Part shown: in pieces, positions 1 through 9,158 of the stretch
How positions within the stretch are numbered: the stretch's first letter is position 1
Layout: the number at the start of each line of letters is the position of its first letter
DNA from: a virus
Lineage: Duplodnaviria > Caudoviricetes
Virus record (IMG/VR): IMGVR_UViG_3300033498_000048
Span: 1 to 64,000 of that record
Strand: one strand, 5' to 3'
DNA length: 64,000 bases
Made by a program: the position numbers and the translations under genes
Notes under the pieces: generated by a model
Databases searched by the model: none
What the model was told of the DNA's origin: nothing
What the model saw: only the letters and a program-made list of their open reading frames with translations

Positions 1-482
1 TCGAGCTAAGTAATAGATTTAATCAAACTAACACTAGATTGGTATCATCATTTGAGAATGATGTATTCAAAGCTATTGTTAATAGGAACGTATCATCATT
101 TGAGTTGAGTCCAGTTGAATATGGAATCATTACTGAAAGACTGGTACACTATACAAACGTTGAGTTAAGTAATAGATTTAAACCGACTAATACTAGATTG
201 GTATCATCATTTGAGAATGATGTATTCAAAGCTATTGTTAATAGGAACGTATTTGTTTTTGGAACAAATGTTTCCACAGAGTTTGGACCAGTTAGGTGGT
301 GTAACTGTGCTGAAGAAACGCAGTTACAATCGAACACTTATTATATGGTTGGATGGGATAGTGTGGCATTATGTCCAGTATATTGGACAAGTGTTGGTAG
401 TGCAGATTTAACACCATCTCAAACAACACCACAATTGATGGGTAATTTAACTAATGTGTTAATTGTTGGAACATTGTTTTAG
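1..482 (+). CDS. C-terminal part of a repeat-containing protein; frame is open at the window start
   Basis: Frame is open from nt 3 (ELSNRFNQTNTRLVSSFEND...) to TAG at 482. Near-identical direct repeat at 3-93 and 162-252 (159-bp, 53-aa period). Confidence 0.6.
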   Translation, partial: ELSNRFNQTNTRLVSSFENDVFKAIVNRNVSSFELSPVEYGIITERLVHYTNVELSNRFKPTNTRLVSSFENDVFKAIVNRNVFVFGTNVSTEFGPVRWCNCAEETQLQSNTYYMVGWDSVALCPVYWTSVGSADLTPSQTTPQLMGNLTNVLIVGTLF

Positions 483-673
483 TAACATTGGTAGTCTCCA
501 ATCATCTTTTGTTATTTCTATTATAGTCATTAATGAGTCCATTAGGTTAGTTACTAAATTACAATATATTTCATTATGTTCAAATGGAAACTCAATTGAA
601 TATTTAAACATAGCTCTTGAATTATTCACATCACTAATGTGAACCATTTTCTTAGTTGGATTTTTAGCTCGTA

Positions 674-1003
674 TCATCCAAGGCTTGTTGTGGATAATAT
701 ATCCAGATTTTTTATCAATCGAAACATCTTGGTCAAGATTAAGATATTATCGTCCATAAGTGTAGGATGTTTAATTGCCATCATATAGAATATTGATAAT
801 ATCTCAATATTTGTAATTGGAGTTCTAATGTCATTAGAAATCAATACTAATGATTGTGGTAATGGAACACCGTCCAGTATATTATCAACCAGTTTTAGGT
901 TTTTCACTTTAGGCAAAGTATCAAATGTCAACGATTCGGCATAACTTAAAAATGGTTTTAAAGTTCTTCTGTGTATCATAATATTAAGCTCCAAACAAAA
1001 CAA
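674..1003 (-). CDS. hypothetical protein
   Basis: 109-aa ORF, no recognisable motif. Confidence 0.5.
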   Translation of the reverse strand: MFCLELNIMIHRRTLKPFLSYAESLTFDTLPKVKNLKLVDNILDGVPLPQSLVLISNDIRTPITNIEILSIFYMMAIKHPTLMDDNILILTKMFRLIKNLDILSTTSLG

Positions 1004-1037
1004 AATTATAACTAATTGTTAATTGAATGTCAACTAT

Positions 1038-1045
1038 TATAAATA
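1038..1045 (+). promoter_or_regulatory. T4-type late promoter TATAAATA
   Basis: Exact T4 late consensus 23 nt upstream of ORF 1068. Confidence 0.65.
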
Positions 1046-1067
1046 TATAGTTTAACGGATAATTATA

Positions 1068-1688
1068 ATGTTTAAAACGTTTAAAAGCTTTATAATGGAA
1101 GATGGTGAAGTATCAACAACGTCAAATATTGTTGGAGGTAATCCAATGTTGTTTAAAACAATAACAACAAGGAAGCCGTTAGTTGAAACTGTATATGATT
1201 ATGCAAGTTGCCAATTTACCTTAGATTATTATTTAACTGGGGTCATAAAGGAATATGCTAGACATTTAGTTAAGGAAATAGATTTGGGAGAAGATGGGTA
1301 TGTTGTTAATCCACACATTACAGTTTGCTATGGGTTAACACTGGACAAACCAATTGAATTGTTTGATTTATTGGAATCAGAATTAATACACCCAACATAT
1401 GTTGATATTCTGGATGTTGATATATTTGAATGTGATGACTACAATGTTCTAATATTACCAATTAAAAGTGAAAAACTAAACAAATTAAATCGAATCATAA
1501 ATGGAAACCTAGATGTTGTTGATACTGGATATGGAACATATAATCCACACATTACATTGGCATATTTAAAGAAAGATGTTGATTACACAAAATATACAAA
1601 CAGAAAAGACCTAACGCAATTTAATGTAAAGTTGGACAAATTCCAATTTAGTGACAAGTTAGGTACTATTACAAATTTTAATTACTAG
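1068..1688 (+). CDS. 2H phosphoesterase (T4 57B/Acb1-like) with capsid-targeting-like leader
   Basis: Two HxT motifs (NPHITVCYG, YNPHITLAY) and LILPIKSEKL resembling T4 57B; N-terminus MFKTFKSFIMED. Confidence 0.75.
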   Translation: MFKTFKSFIMEDGEVSTTSNIVGGNPMLFKTITTRKPLVETVYDYASCQFTLDYYLTGVIKEYARHLVKEIDLGEDGYVVNPHITVCYGLTLDKPIELFDLLESELIHPTYVDILDVDIFECDDYNVLILPIKSEKLNKLNRIINGNLDVVDTGYGTYNPHITLAYLKKDVDYTKYTNRKDLTQFNVKLDKFQFSDKLGTITNFNY

Positions 1689-1697
1689 GGGAATAAA

Positions 1698-2195
1698 ATG
1701 TTAAGTTATACCGAGTTTATACTGGAACGGTTAGATGCAGATGTAGAAAGGAATAAGTGGTTGGATCCAGATGATGACCCAAAATCAAAACAAACAAACG
1801 ATACCGTGAATTTTTCTGGAATTGAATTTGATGTTGAAATGGACAATGATGATATTTCTGGATTATATCTATCAGACGATACGAGACAAGTTCACAATTG
1901 GATTGATTATTTAGATGATAGTGCAATTGATGATATAACAAAGCTTGCTACTGGAAACAATCCAAAGGGAAAACTTCCACAACGATTTACAAATAAAGAT
2001 GATTTAGATTCAGTTGATGTTATGTTTCCAGATAATAAGGGAATTGAATTGTCCGTATATTACACCGAACCTGATAGTGATGGTGAATTTGAATTGGGTG
2101 GTTCTTGTGTGGATTCAAAATATGATATTGGTCAATGGTTTAACGAATATGCTGTTGAACTATTACACGATTTAGTTGCTAAAAAAGTAAGCTAA
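1698..2195 (+). CDS. acidic hypothetical protein, probable internal virion protein
   Basis: 165-aa ORF with GGGG RBS; N-terminus MLSYTEFILE resembles the T4 CTS MKTYQEFIAE. Confidence 0.65.
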   Translation: MLSYTEFILERLDADVERNKWLDPDDDPKSKQTNDTVNFSGIEFDVEMDNDDISGLYLSDDTRQVHNWIDYLDDSAIDDITKLATGNNPKGKLPQRFTNKDDLDSVDVMFPDNKGIELSVYYTEPDSDGEFELGGSCVDSKYDIGQWFNEYAVELLHDLVAKKVS

Positions 2196-2202
2196 CTTGA
2201 TT

Positions 2203-2241
2203 AAATAGTTGGAATATGGTGTTATTATATTCCAACTATTT
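2203..2241. terminator. hairpin terminator
   Basis: 15-bp inverted repeat AAATAGTTGGAATAT/ATATTCCAACTATTT just after the stop at 2195. Confidence 0.6.
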
Positions 2242-2614
2242 TGATACTTAATTACACAATCTAATGTGATAATCGTCACAATCATTTCCCAGATATTAAA
2301 TATCTATTATTACCAAGATACTTTTCAAACACACCACTTTGGACAAAGCCCTCCAACATCAATTTCAATTGGGATAACCTAATACGATTGTATCGTGTAG
2401 TGGTACATCAATTCGTTTTAAATTGTTCTTGTTTCCACCCATATTAAAAGCTTCTTCAACTTCAAACTTAGAAGCAGCTGGACGCCAATGTGCTTTAATT
2501 CCAGGTAATTCACGAGTTTTAATTTCCCATAATGATTCTGGTTTTTGGTGGTGTTTAATATCGTTATTCCAAATGTTATACATGGACATGGTAATAATCT
2601 CAGTTGTGGTTTAA

Positions 2615-2622
2615 TATAAATA
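2615..2622 (+). promoter_or_regulatory. T4-type late promoter TATAAATA
   Basis: Exact consensus upstream of ORF 2633. Confidence 0.6.
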
Positions 2623-2632
2623 CGTTATTTTA

Positions 2633-3250
2633 ATGGTGAATTATATGAAAGATATGCTTACATTTGCTACATTTTATTTAAATGAGGCTAGACAACAAAA
2701 CCTAGAATATTCTGAAAAAATGGCTAAAGACCAGATAGATAAAGTGATAGTGGAACTTGCGGGAACTCAAAGTGCTATTGCTACAAAACTGGCTAAAAAG
2801 TTTAAGGTTATTAAAGAAGCTGCTGCTAAATTGAAATCTCAAGAAGAAGAATTGAATGTGGAAGCTAAAGACTTAGTTTCCAATTTATTTGATGCTGAAG
2901 ATGTTGTATATACGCGAATAGTAAAAACTTGTTCACTAACTATTCAAGTATCAAAAGAATATCAACGTGAAACTACAAAAGTTGATACCGATGGGATTAT
3001 GGCTGACATATTAAAGTTAGCTCCAGAATTAGAAGATAAAATTAAAGAAATTGTTAAGGCTCGCACTAAAATAACAAAATCTAACGTGATGAGTGCTTTA
3101 ACGATTAAATCTGAATCAATCACATTGGACGAAGGTGTCTTAGATTCTATTAAGAAATTCTTTGTTGATTTGTTAAGTAAGTTCCAATTATGGGCTAAGT
3201 CTTTTGATACCAAACTCGATACTATTGAGAAACAATTGGCAGCTGCTTAA
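2633..3250 (+). CDS. helical hypothetical protein, probable internal virion protein
   Basis: 205-aa ORF; CTS-like MLTFATFYLNE near the N-terminus; late promoter upstream. Confidence 0.65.
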   Translation: MVNYMKDMLTFATFYLNEARQQNLEYSEKMAKDQIDKVIVELAGTQSAIATKLAKKFKVIKEAAAKLKSQEEELNVEAKDLVSNLFDAEDVVYTRIVKTCSLTIQVSKEYQRETTKVDTDGIMADILKLAPELEDKIKEIVKARTKITKSNVMSALTIKSESITLDEGVLDSIKKFFVDLLSKFQLWAKSFDTKLDTIEKQLAAA

Positions 3251-3527
3251 AAATGTGATAGTGGAAAACCTCATCATTATTTAAGGCTAATATTTCACCC
3301 CAATCAGTTCCAAATTCAATTAAATCACACTTAGTTAGAATAACAACATATAAGTCATTATCAATTAGTGGCTTATACGTTTCAATTATTTGATGATATG
3401 AATTGCAAATTCCATAATTCAATTTGTTGTCAATATTAAACCACAGTTGAAATTCGCTAGCTGATAACATCGGATATTCAGTTGTTAAATAGACTCCAAC
3501 ATCTAATTGTATTCCATCTAACATCAA
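3222..3527 (-). CDS. hypothetical protein
   Basis: 101-aa ORF abutting ORF 3524-3913. Confidence 0.55.
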   Translation of the reverse strand: MMLDGIQLDVGVYLTTEYPMLSASEFQLWFNIDNKLNYGICNSYHQIIETYKPLIDNDLYVVILTKCDLIEFGTDWGEILALNNDEVFHYHIFKQLPIVSQ

Positions 3528-3913
3528 TCAGCATCCGTTAGGCTTGGAATACTAATAACATATATTTTTTCACTATCAAATAACGAACAAACAAATACTT
3601 CGGTTTGTTCGTGTTTGTTGTTGAGTCTCAATTCAGTTGATAAAAAAGAATCAATTGATTCAAACAAAATGGAATCAGATTTTTTGAAACTAATATAATC
3701 CGTACTCATCATTGCTGTAATAAAACCACTTCCTTCAATAACCTCTACTTTAGTTTTATAACTTCGTTTATCTATCAGTCTTAATTTAAATTGTGTTTTC
3801 TTAACCAATCCATTTGATGTCTGCAATATTACAATAGAAGCATATTTGTTGTCTAGTAAAAATTGTTTACATTTTTCAGTACAGGTTGTGGTTAAACTTT
3901 TTGGAACAATCAT
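3524..3913 (-). CDS. hypothetical protein
   Basis: 129-aa ORF in a tight minus-strand run. Confidence 0.55.
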   Translation of the reverse strand: MIVPKSLTTTCTEKCKQFLLDNKYASIVILQTSNGLVKKTQFKLRLIDKRSYKTKVEVIEGSGFITAMMSTDYISFKKSDSILFESIDSFLSTELRLNNKHEQTEVFVCSLFDSEKIYVISIPSLTDAD

Positions 3914-3923
3914 ATTGATACCA

Positions 3924-4238
3924 TCATTTGAATAATTGAAGAAATTTAAAAAATTTAGACCATTCTAGCCTAGGCTTAAATACCAGTACAACTTCTTGTT
4001 TGTCAAATGCTAATTCCGTCACTACGAACCAGTCATCGGCTTGTTTTTTTGCAGCCTCAAAGGTTTGCTCTGAAACAACACAAGTAACTTTTCTAAACGA
4101 TGTGTTTAACCATTCGGCAATAACTGGGTCGTCTTTGTTCCATTTTAACGACATTAAATATCCAGCATGGAGACAAGAATTTACAGCGTGTCCAGTATCT
4201 ACCCAATCTTTTATTAAGATGTATGATTTTAATAACAT
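3924..4238 (-). CDS. peptidyl-tRNA hydrolase 2 (Pth2)-like protein
   Basis: 104 aa; pattern KSYILIKD..G.AVNSCLHA...W...FRKVTCVV matches the Pth2 family (K..I.V..D..G...Q..HA...W......K.V..V). Confidence 0.6.
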   Translation of the reverse strand: MLLKSYILIKDWVDTGHAVNSCLHAGYLMSLKWNKDDPVIAEWLNTSFRKVTCVVSEQTFEAAKKQADDWFVVTELAFDKQEVVLVFKPRLEWSKFFKFLQLFK

Positions 4239-4588
4239 TTAACTACCTTATGCGTATAACTTTTTTTAAGCTTTTTAATTTGTTCTTTGTGATAATCAAC
4301 TTTGTCGTAAATACTTAAATTATAAGCACGATTAGCATCATCTATATTTAAATGAAATGTTTTTAGAATGTCAACTGAACTAACGTCACCTAAGATAAAC
4401 GTAGCTAGTTCAACCTCCTTATTATGGTCCCGGATTTTAACCACTTGTCTGGATGAGTGTGTTGATTGTACAACGGTGATTACGAATTTAGCTGGAGGAA
4501 TACTAGCTATGTTACCAAACTCATCAAATAAGCACCACACATAAACCACATCACCAGTTTTTAACTTTAAAACATCATCTTTATTCAT
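4229..4588 (-). CDS. hypothetical protein
   Basis: 119-aa ORF overlapping the next gene's start. Confidence 0.6.
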   Translation of the reverse strand: MNKDDVLKLKTGDVVYVWCLFDEFGNIASIPPAKFVITVVQSTHSSRQVVKIRDHNKEVELATFILGDVSSVDILKTFHLNIDDANRAYNLSIYDKVDYHKEQIKKLKKSYTHKVVKCY

Positions 4589-4598
4589 TTTATTTACC

Positions 4599-5030
4599 TT
4601 AAATTGTTTCTATTTGAAATTCTTTATTCAGGATTAATAAACTGGTTTGTTTAGTAATAAAATGTCGATGTTTAATTACAACGTATGAATATGAATCTAA
4701 TAAATTAAGTGTAGAAACGAATATCGAATTTGCAAATGATATAATTTGTGGTGAACCTACAGAATGTGAAGCAATATCATATGCAACGCTATTAACATAC
4801 TCTGCTACTGAAGACACATATTCAAAACAATACCTAGGATTTATTGGAATTAATATACACTCTATTTTATCACTGTTATACTTACGACCTGAGCAACATA
4901 TATCATAAGATGATACAGAAACTTGTAAATTGTTAATATTCAAGTTTAATAACATTCTCTTAGTCTGTTCTATTCTTTCTACTGGAACAAACAATAAATT
5001 GATTCCGATACAAAATGCGTTGTTATACAT
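4599..5030 (-). CDS. hypothetical protein
   Basis: ATG at 5030 (MYNNAF...) overlaps the upstream stop by 8 nt; the longer 5222 call overlaps ORF 5023-5457. Confidence 0.55.
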   Translation of the reverse strand: MYNNAFCIGINLLFVPVERIEQTKRMLLNLNINNLQVSVSSYDICCSGRKYNSDKIECILIPINPRYCFEYVSSVAEYVNSVAYDIASHSVGSPQIISFANSIFVSTLNLLDSYSYVVIKHRHFITKQTSLLILNKEFQIETI

Positions 5031-5457
5031 TTTTATTCTCTCTATTTTTCCCGATGTGATAGCCGTTACACCATACGCATTTATAACAAGAAAAATGTAC
5101 TCCCTTCTTGTTTGACATTGAGTTGGCAGCCTTTGATGCTGATTCTTTAGTTGGATATGGTACTTTTGGTTTACCAGAATATACTGCAATGTGTGAGTTT
5201 TTGTGGAACATTCCCCACGCATTTCTAGTAATAAAGAAGTTGATTAATAACCGTTTTAATGGCAATTGGTCTTTGATGGCTAGGATTAAATTATGTATTA
5301 ACATTGTATTATCCGTTTTAAATGACATGGAATGGAACGGGGAATTTGTGATGTGGTACTTACTAAGATTCCCTAAACTTATTTGGACATTAACCCAAAC
5401 ACTTTTGTTAGATTGTATATTAAATTTTATACGTTTGCTGTACGTTCCATCATACAT
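5023..5457 (-). CDS. conserved phage protein with Zn-binding motif
   Basis: GKPKVPYPTKESA...YKCVWCNGYHIG (CxxC...H). Confidence 0.6.
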   Translation of the reverse strand: MYDGTYSKRIKFNIQSNKSVWVNVQISLGNLSKYHITNSPFHSMSFKTDNTMLIHNLILAIKDQLPLKRLLINFFITRNAWGMFHKNSHIAVYSGKPKVPYPTKESASKAANSMSNKKGVHFSCYKCVWCNGYHIGKNRENKNV

Positions 5458-5758
5458 TGGAACATTGTAGTTTTATATAGTTTACTAACTTAATAAATGC
5501 CTCCTAATTTACATTTACTTTTTTGTGTATAAAACTACTCAGTTTTCAATGCTTAAATATGTCATTTTACTAATTGGTTGTGGAAACTTTTAAAGTTATT
5601 GGCTTCTTTGTTTTTAATTCCATCTGTAACGTTGTCCACAAATCTGCTAATTGTTTGCGCGTTTTACAACACGAGGCAGCTGCGTGATATGTGGAAACAC
5701 CAATTCTAGTTGCTATAATTTCTAACTCGTTGCGTGTCATTGTATTATAATATTTTTA

Positions 5759-5944
5759 TCATTGAAATTGTTTAACGATATGGACTACATAATCATTGAT
5801 GACTTCTTTAACAAATTCTACTAAGTCATAACTTCGGTTTTTATAGACTTGTGGAATATAATCCCTTGCGTTTGCACTAGAGAATTTTTCACGTTCTAAT
5901 TTACCACCACGAAACAGGTTTACTTCACAAAAATCTTCATACAC
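5759..5944 (-). CDS. hypothetical protein
   Basis: 61-aa ORF with GAGG RBS. Confidence 0.45.
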   Translation of the reverse strand: MYEDFCEVNLFRGGKLEREKFSSANARDYIPQVYKNRSYDLVEFVKEVINDYVVHIVKQFQ

Positions 5945-5984
5945 AACATAATAACCCTCAAATTAACAATAAATTTTTCATAAA

Positions 5985-6080
5985 TGGTAGCTCGGTATGT
6001 TTGGATAAAACGTAATGACTCATTTCACACTGCTTAGTCGCGTACCAGCCGACTTGAGATGTCATTCTAAATTCAAGCTA
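5985..6080 (-). ncRNA. possible structured RNA with tRNA-like CCA end
   Basis: Minus strand: closing stem TAGCTTG/CGAGCTA then CCA; nested helices AATGAC/GTCATT and AGTCG/CGACT. Confidence 0.3.
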
Positions 6081-6156
6081 TTTCTGAATAAAAATAAAAG
6101 TTTGTCTCTATGGACAACTTGAATATATTAGCCTCCAATGACTGCTTAGAATGCAG

Positions 6157-6429
6157 TTATGGAAATAAATCTCCATATTCAAATCTAATAGCTTTGGCTT
6201 TCATAACCACACAGTCAGATATATTAGATTGTTTTTTGTGATTTGTAGTTAATTTATAAATCACACCACAGTTACATTTACAATGTAAATTATTTATTTC
6301 AACTGCAATCTGCCGTGGTACAGCATTTAATGAAAATCTATCTAAATTACATCTACCATCCTTGGTTTGAAAATCAACTTCTTTACCACATTCGTTACAG
6401 TCGAAAACTATACTATCAAACATACTCAT
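6157..6429 (-). CDS. hypothetical Zn-finger-like phage protein
   Basis: MFDSIVFDCNECGKEVDFQTK (CxxC) and a later CxC. Confidence 0.55.
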   Translation of the reverse strand: MSMFDSIVFDCNECGKEVDFQTKDGRCNLDRFSLNAVPRQIAVEINNLHCKCNCGVIYKLTTNHKKQSNISDCVVMKAKAIRFEYGDLFP

Positions 6430-6558
6430 TACAAATTTATCCTAGTCAATTATCATTTGAATTGTCTTTAATTTTTCAGCAGCTAAAGTTGAATCCGAAT
6501 CAAACTCCGCTCTAAGCTGAAACTCCTATCCCAAGCTCTTTCTGGATGAATATAAACT

Positions 6559-6593
6559 TTGTTAATATTGGTCAATTTGACCAATATTAACAA
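6559..6593. repeat. perfect 35-bp palindrome
   Basis: TTGTTAATATTGGTCAA-T-TTGACCAATATTAACAA, 17-bp arms and a 1-nt centre. Confidence 0.9.
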
Positions 6594-6785
6594 CTAAGGT
6601 AAAAAATCACTCTGCGTACGGAAAGCCTTTCTTTCTTCGGGTGAAAGTGAACTCAGATAATCTTTACCACTTCTGAAATATTCTTCCAGTTCTTCATCAG
6701 TCATTTGAATATCGGTTCTATCATTTTTCGTAATACAACTTTTCCAAGTAGTTATAAGAAACGATATGGATTTACTTATACCCAT
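6594..6785 (-). CDS. hypothetical protein
   Basis: 63-aa ORF coupled to the upstream ORF. Confidence 0.5.
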   Translation of the reverse strand: MGISKSISFLITTWKSCITKNDRTDIQMTDEELEEYFRSGKDYLSSLSPEERKAFRTQSDFLP

Positions 6786-6991
6786 TATAATTTCTCCGAA
6801 TCAATTATTGCTTGAATTGCCTTTAACTTTTCAGTATCTAAAGTTGTACCAGAATCAAATTCCGCATCTAATTTAATATTATGGTTCTTACCTAAAATCT
6901 TAACTATCTTATTAAAGGCTGCACACTTCCGTTGCTCTACTGTTTTTTGATGCTTAACATCTGCACGTTGTTTGGTCATAATAAAATCCAA
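6785..6991 (-). CDS. hypothetical protein
   Basis: 68-aa ORF. Confidence 0.5.
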   Translation of the reverse strand: MDFIMTKQRADVKHQKTVEQRKCAAFNKIVKILGKNHNIKLDAEFDSGTTLDTEKLKAIQAIIDSEKL

Positions 6992-7029
6992 TGTGGTTAA
7001 TTCAAGTTTTTAATTATACACAACCGACC

Positions 7030-7272
7030 CTAGTAAGTCAACACTAAATCAAGTTCTTGTTTTAATGTATGTCTTAACTCTTGACGAGTTTCGCCATCAT
7101 ATTTACGTTCATTTCCACATCCAATACAAGAACAGTTTTTTGGAGTGTTGTTTAATATTCCTAATCTTTTGGGGTTATTATTTCCACCCCAATATTGTTT
7201 ACGCTTAACCTTTAATCGTTCTATGTGATGTCTACGGATTGCCTTTTCGTGTTGTTCAATTGTTATGTCCAA
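7030..7272 (-). CDS. small basic Cys-containing hypothetical protein
   Basis: TPKNCSCIGCGNERK motif. Confidence 0.6.
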   Translation of the reverse strand: MDITIEQHEKAIRRHHIERLKVKRKQYWGGNNNPKRLGILNNTPKNCSCIGCGNERKYDGETRQELRHTLKQELDLVLTY

Positions 7273-7538
7273 TATTTTAACCTACCTTTATCAATAATAT
7301 CTGGTTCATAGTTTGAATCCAATTTGAACTTTCGCAATTCATTCTTGTGTTTTCTGCGCAATGGTCTTTCAGATGTTAAGTTTCTGAACCACGCTGGTTC
7401 AGGTTCTTTATATTTCACAGTAGAATTAGAGCCATCACGTTGACTCATTGTCTTTCCAACATCATAAGCATTAGTGCCAATTGAATGATTTACTTGGAAC
7501 CAAGTACCAGCAAATTTAATATAATCGTGATATTCCAA
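7263..7538 (-). CDS. small basic hypothetical protein
   Basis: PAWFRNLTSERPLRRK...YWT; 10-nt overlap with the next gene. Confidence 0.55.
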   Translation of the reverse strand: MEYHDYIKFAGTWFQVNHSIGTNAYDVGKTMSQRDGSNSTVKYKEPEPAWFRNLTSERPLRRKHKNELRKFKLDSNYEPDIIDKGRLKYWT

Positions 7539-7763
7539 TCTATTTCTATACGAACTAAAAACAACACCTTTCGGCGAAAAGTTCTTGACACAATTATACT
7601 CCTATTTCAAAGAAATGTGTTTTTGAATATGTCCAATAGCAACCTCGATGTTTTTGTCCAACTGGACAATATGGTACATCTCCAGACAAATGGTCATCTA
7701 ACTTTTTATTACAATGTTTACATCTCACAATTCTACTCATTGAAATCACGCTCAGGTAAGTGT

Positions 7764-7854
7764 TGGAGTTGGTATAGGGAATTGAACCCTACGGTCAAGC
7801 CTGTATCTAGTTTAATGACGATGGTTTTGCAGACCACTCGATACTAATACCAAC
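7764..7854 (-). tRNA. atypical tRNA-Cys(GCA): reduced D-arm, 29-nt variable region
   Basis: Acceptor GTTGGTA/TACCAAC, U73, CCA; anticodon arm GTGGT-CTGCAAA-ACCAT; T-arm TAGGG-TTCAATT-CCCTA. Confidence 0.7.
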
Positions 7855-7965
7855 ATTCTTTATTTAATAAAAATAACTTACGCTGTTTTTTATCATATTG
7901 CACATCCAACTTAATAAAACTGCATTGTCACTCAAAATGTTTAGTGATGTCAACTACTAAAGTAG

Positions 7966-8274
7966 TTATTGTATAATCATAAACCCATTTTTGTATTTTT
8001 CTTTAACTAAAGAAAGCAGTTTTGATACATCTCTTCCAGAGAAAGAACCACTTTCGACATCACCAATAAAATTGTTGACATTTTCTCCATCAACAATAGC
8101 TACAACACTATCATGTCTGTTACAATAATCAACCAATATTGCTGGTACTTCACAATCGAATACACCTGCTTCCGCTAATGAATATACCGTTTGAGAGCCG
8201 ATATAATCCTCAAATGAGGGATTTTGTATATCAGTAATATAAAAACCCATAATAATAATCACCTTTCTTAACAT
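7966..8274 (-). CDS. hypothetical protein
   Basis: 102-aa ORF. Confidence 0.55.
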   Translation of the reverse strand: MLRKVIIIMGFYITDIQNPSFEDYIGSQTVYSLAEAGVFDCEVPAILVDYCNRHDSVVAIVDGENVNNFIGDVESGSFSGRDVSKLLSLVKEKYKNGFMIIQ

Positions 8275-8350
8275 TAATAAAAACAGTATTATAACTTAAA
8301 ATTTTTATTAATGTCAACTAAAATTATATTCGATATTTCAATAGGAATAT

Positions 8351-8433
8351 CGGAGAGCATCGGAATCGAACCGAAAGGTTTTACCCTCGACAGACTTAGC
8401 AGGTCGTCCCTAGTCCAACTAGGATTACTCTCC
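8351..8433 (-). tRNA. tRNA-Ser(GCT)
   Basis: Acceptor GGAGAGT/GCTCTCC, G73, loop CTGCTAA, long variable arm, T-loop TTCGATT. Confidence 0.85.
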
Positions 8434-8735
8434 ATTAACGTATCGGATTGTGCTGTTGTGTTCCATATCAAATAATTTTTTATTGAATAATATTGAGATG
8501 ATATTCCAAGAGCTAATATCCATTTAACTTCTGTATAATCAACATTTTTTAAACTTATTCTTTGCAATAGTTCTATTATTAGTCATAATAACATATACTA
8601 TATTAAATTTTATTGTTTCAATCTAAAAACCACACAAAATAGCCTTAGATTAACGTTTAGTTGAACTTGATACTAGCATACCATTTTTATTAAAAACAAG
8701 CTTAAAAACGATTGTCGGTGTACTCCAGTTAAGAT

Positions 8736-9098
8736 TTACCATTTTAATCTACGCATATCAGTATGATGTAGATTAGGCGATGGTGCAAATTTATTAAAAT
8801 CAAAACAATGTTCTTGTTTATCAAACTTAGTGTGTAGTAATTCCAATAAAGTTACTACATTTTGAATAGTATTTATTTTTATGCTATCTACATTTTTCAT
8901 TGTTCCTATGTTGGATAAACTATATCTATCGTGGTTTAAATATTTTCTATAATAGTAGTCTGTTAGACTACTCGATTCTCGATGTAACTGGAGTAATACT
9001 CCCATATCAGTCTCTACAGAAACTTTATTTATAATACCAAATAGATTTTTTACGTCTTTTTCAAATTCCATAGTTGTTACTCTAATACCTATTTCCAA
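8736..9098 (-). CDS. hypothetical protein
   Basis: 120-aa ORF. Confidence 0.5.
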   Translation of the reverse strand: MEIGIRVTTMEFEKDVKNLFGIINKVSVETDMGVLLQLHRESSSLTDYYYRKYLNHDRYSLSNIGTMKNVDSIKINTIQNVVTLLELLHTKFDKQEHCFDFNKFAPSPNLHHTDMRRLKW

Positions 9099-9158
9099 AA
9101 CACGAATTAATGTAGTTAAATTACAGTTTGCTTAGTAATGAAATGTATATTCCATGTT

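Noticed and set aside
7485-7847. Plus-strand 120-aa ORF
   Set aside because: Antisense to tRNA-Cys and to ORF 7263-7538; no motif.
8289-8567. Minus-strand 92-aa ORF
   Set aside because: Contains tRNA-Ser(GCT) entirely; most likely a by-product.
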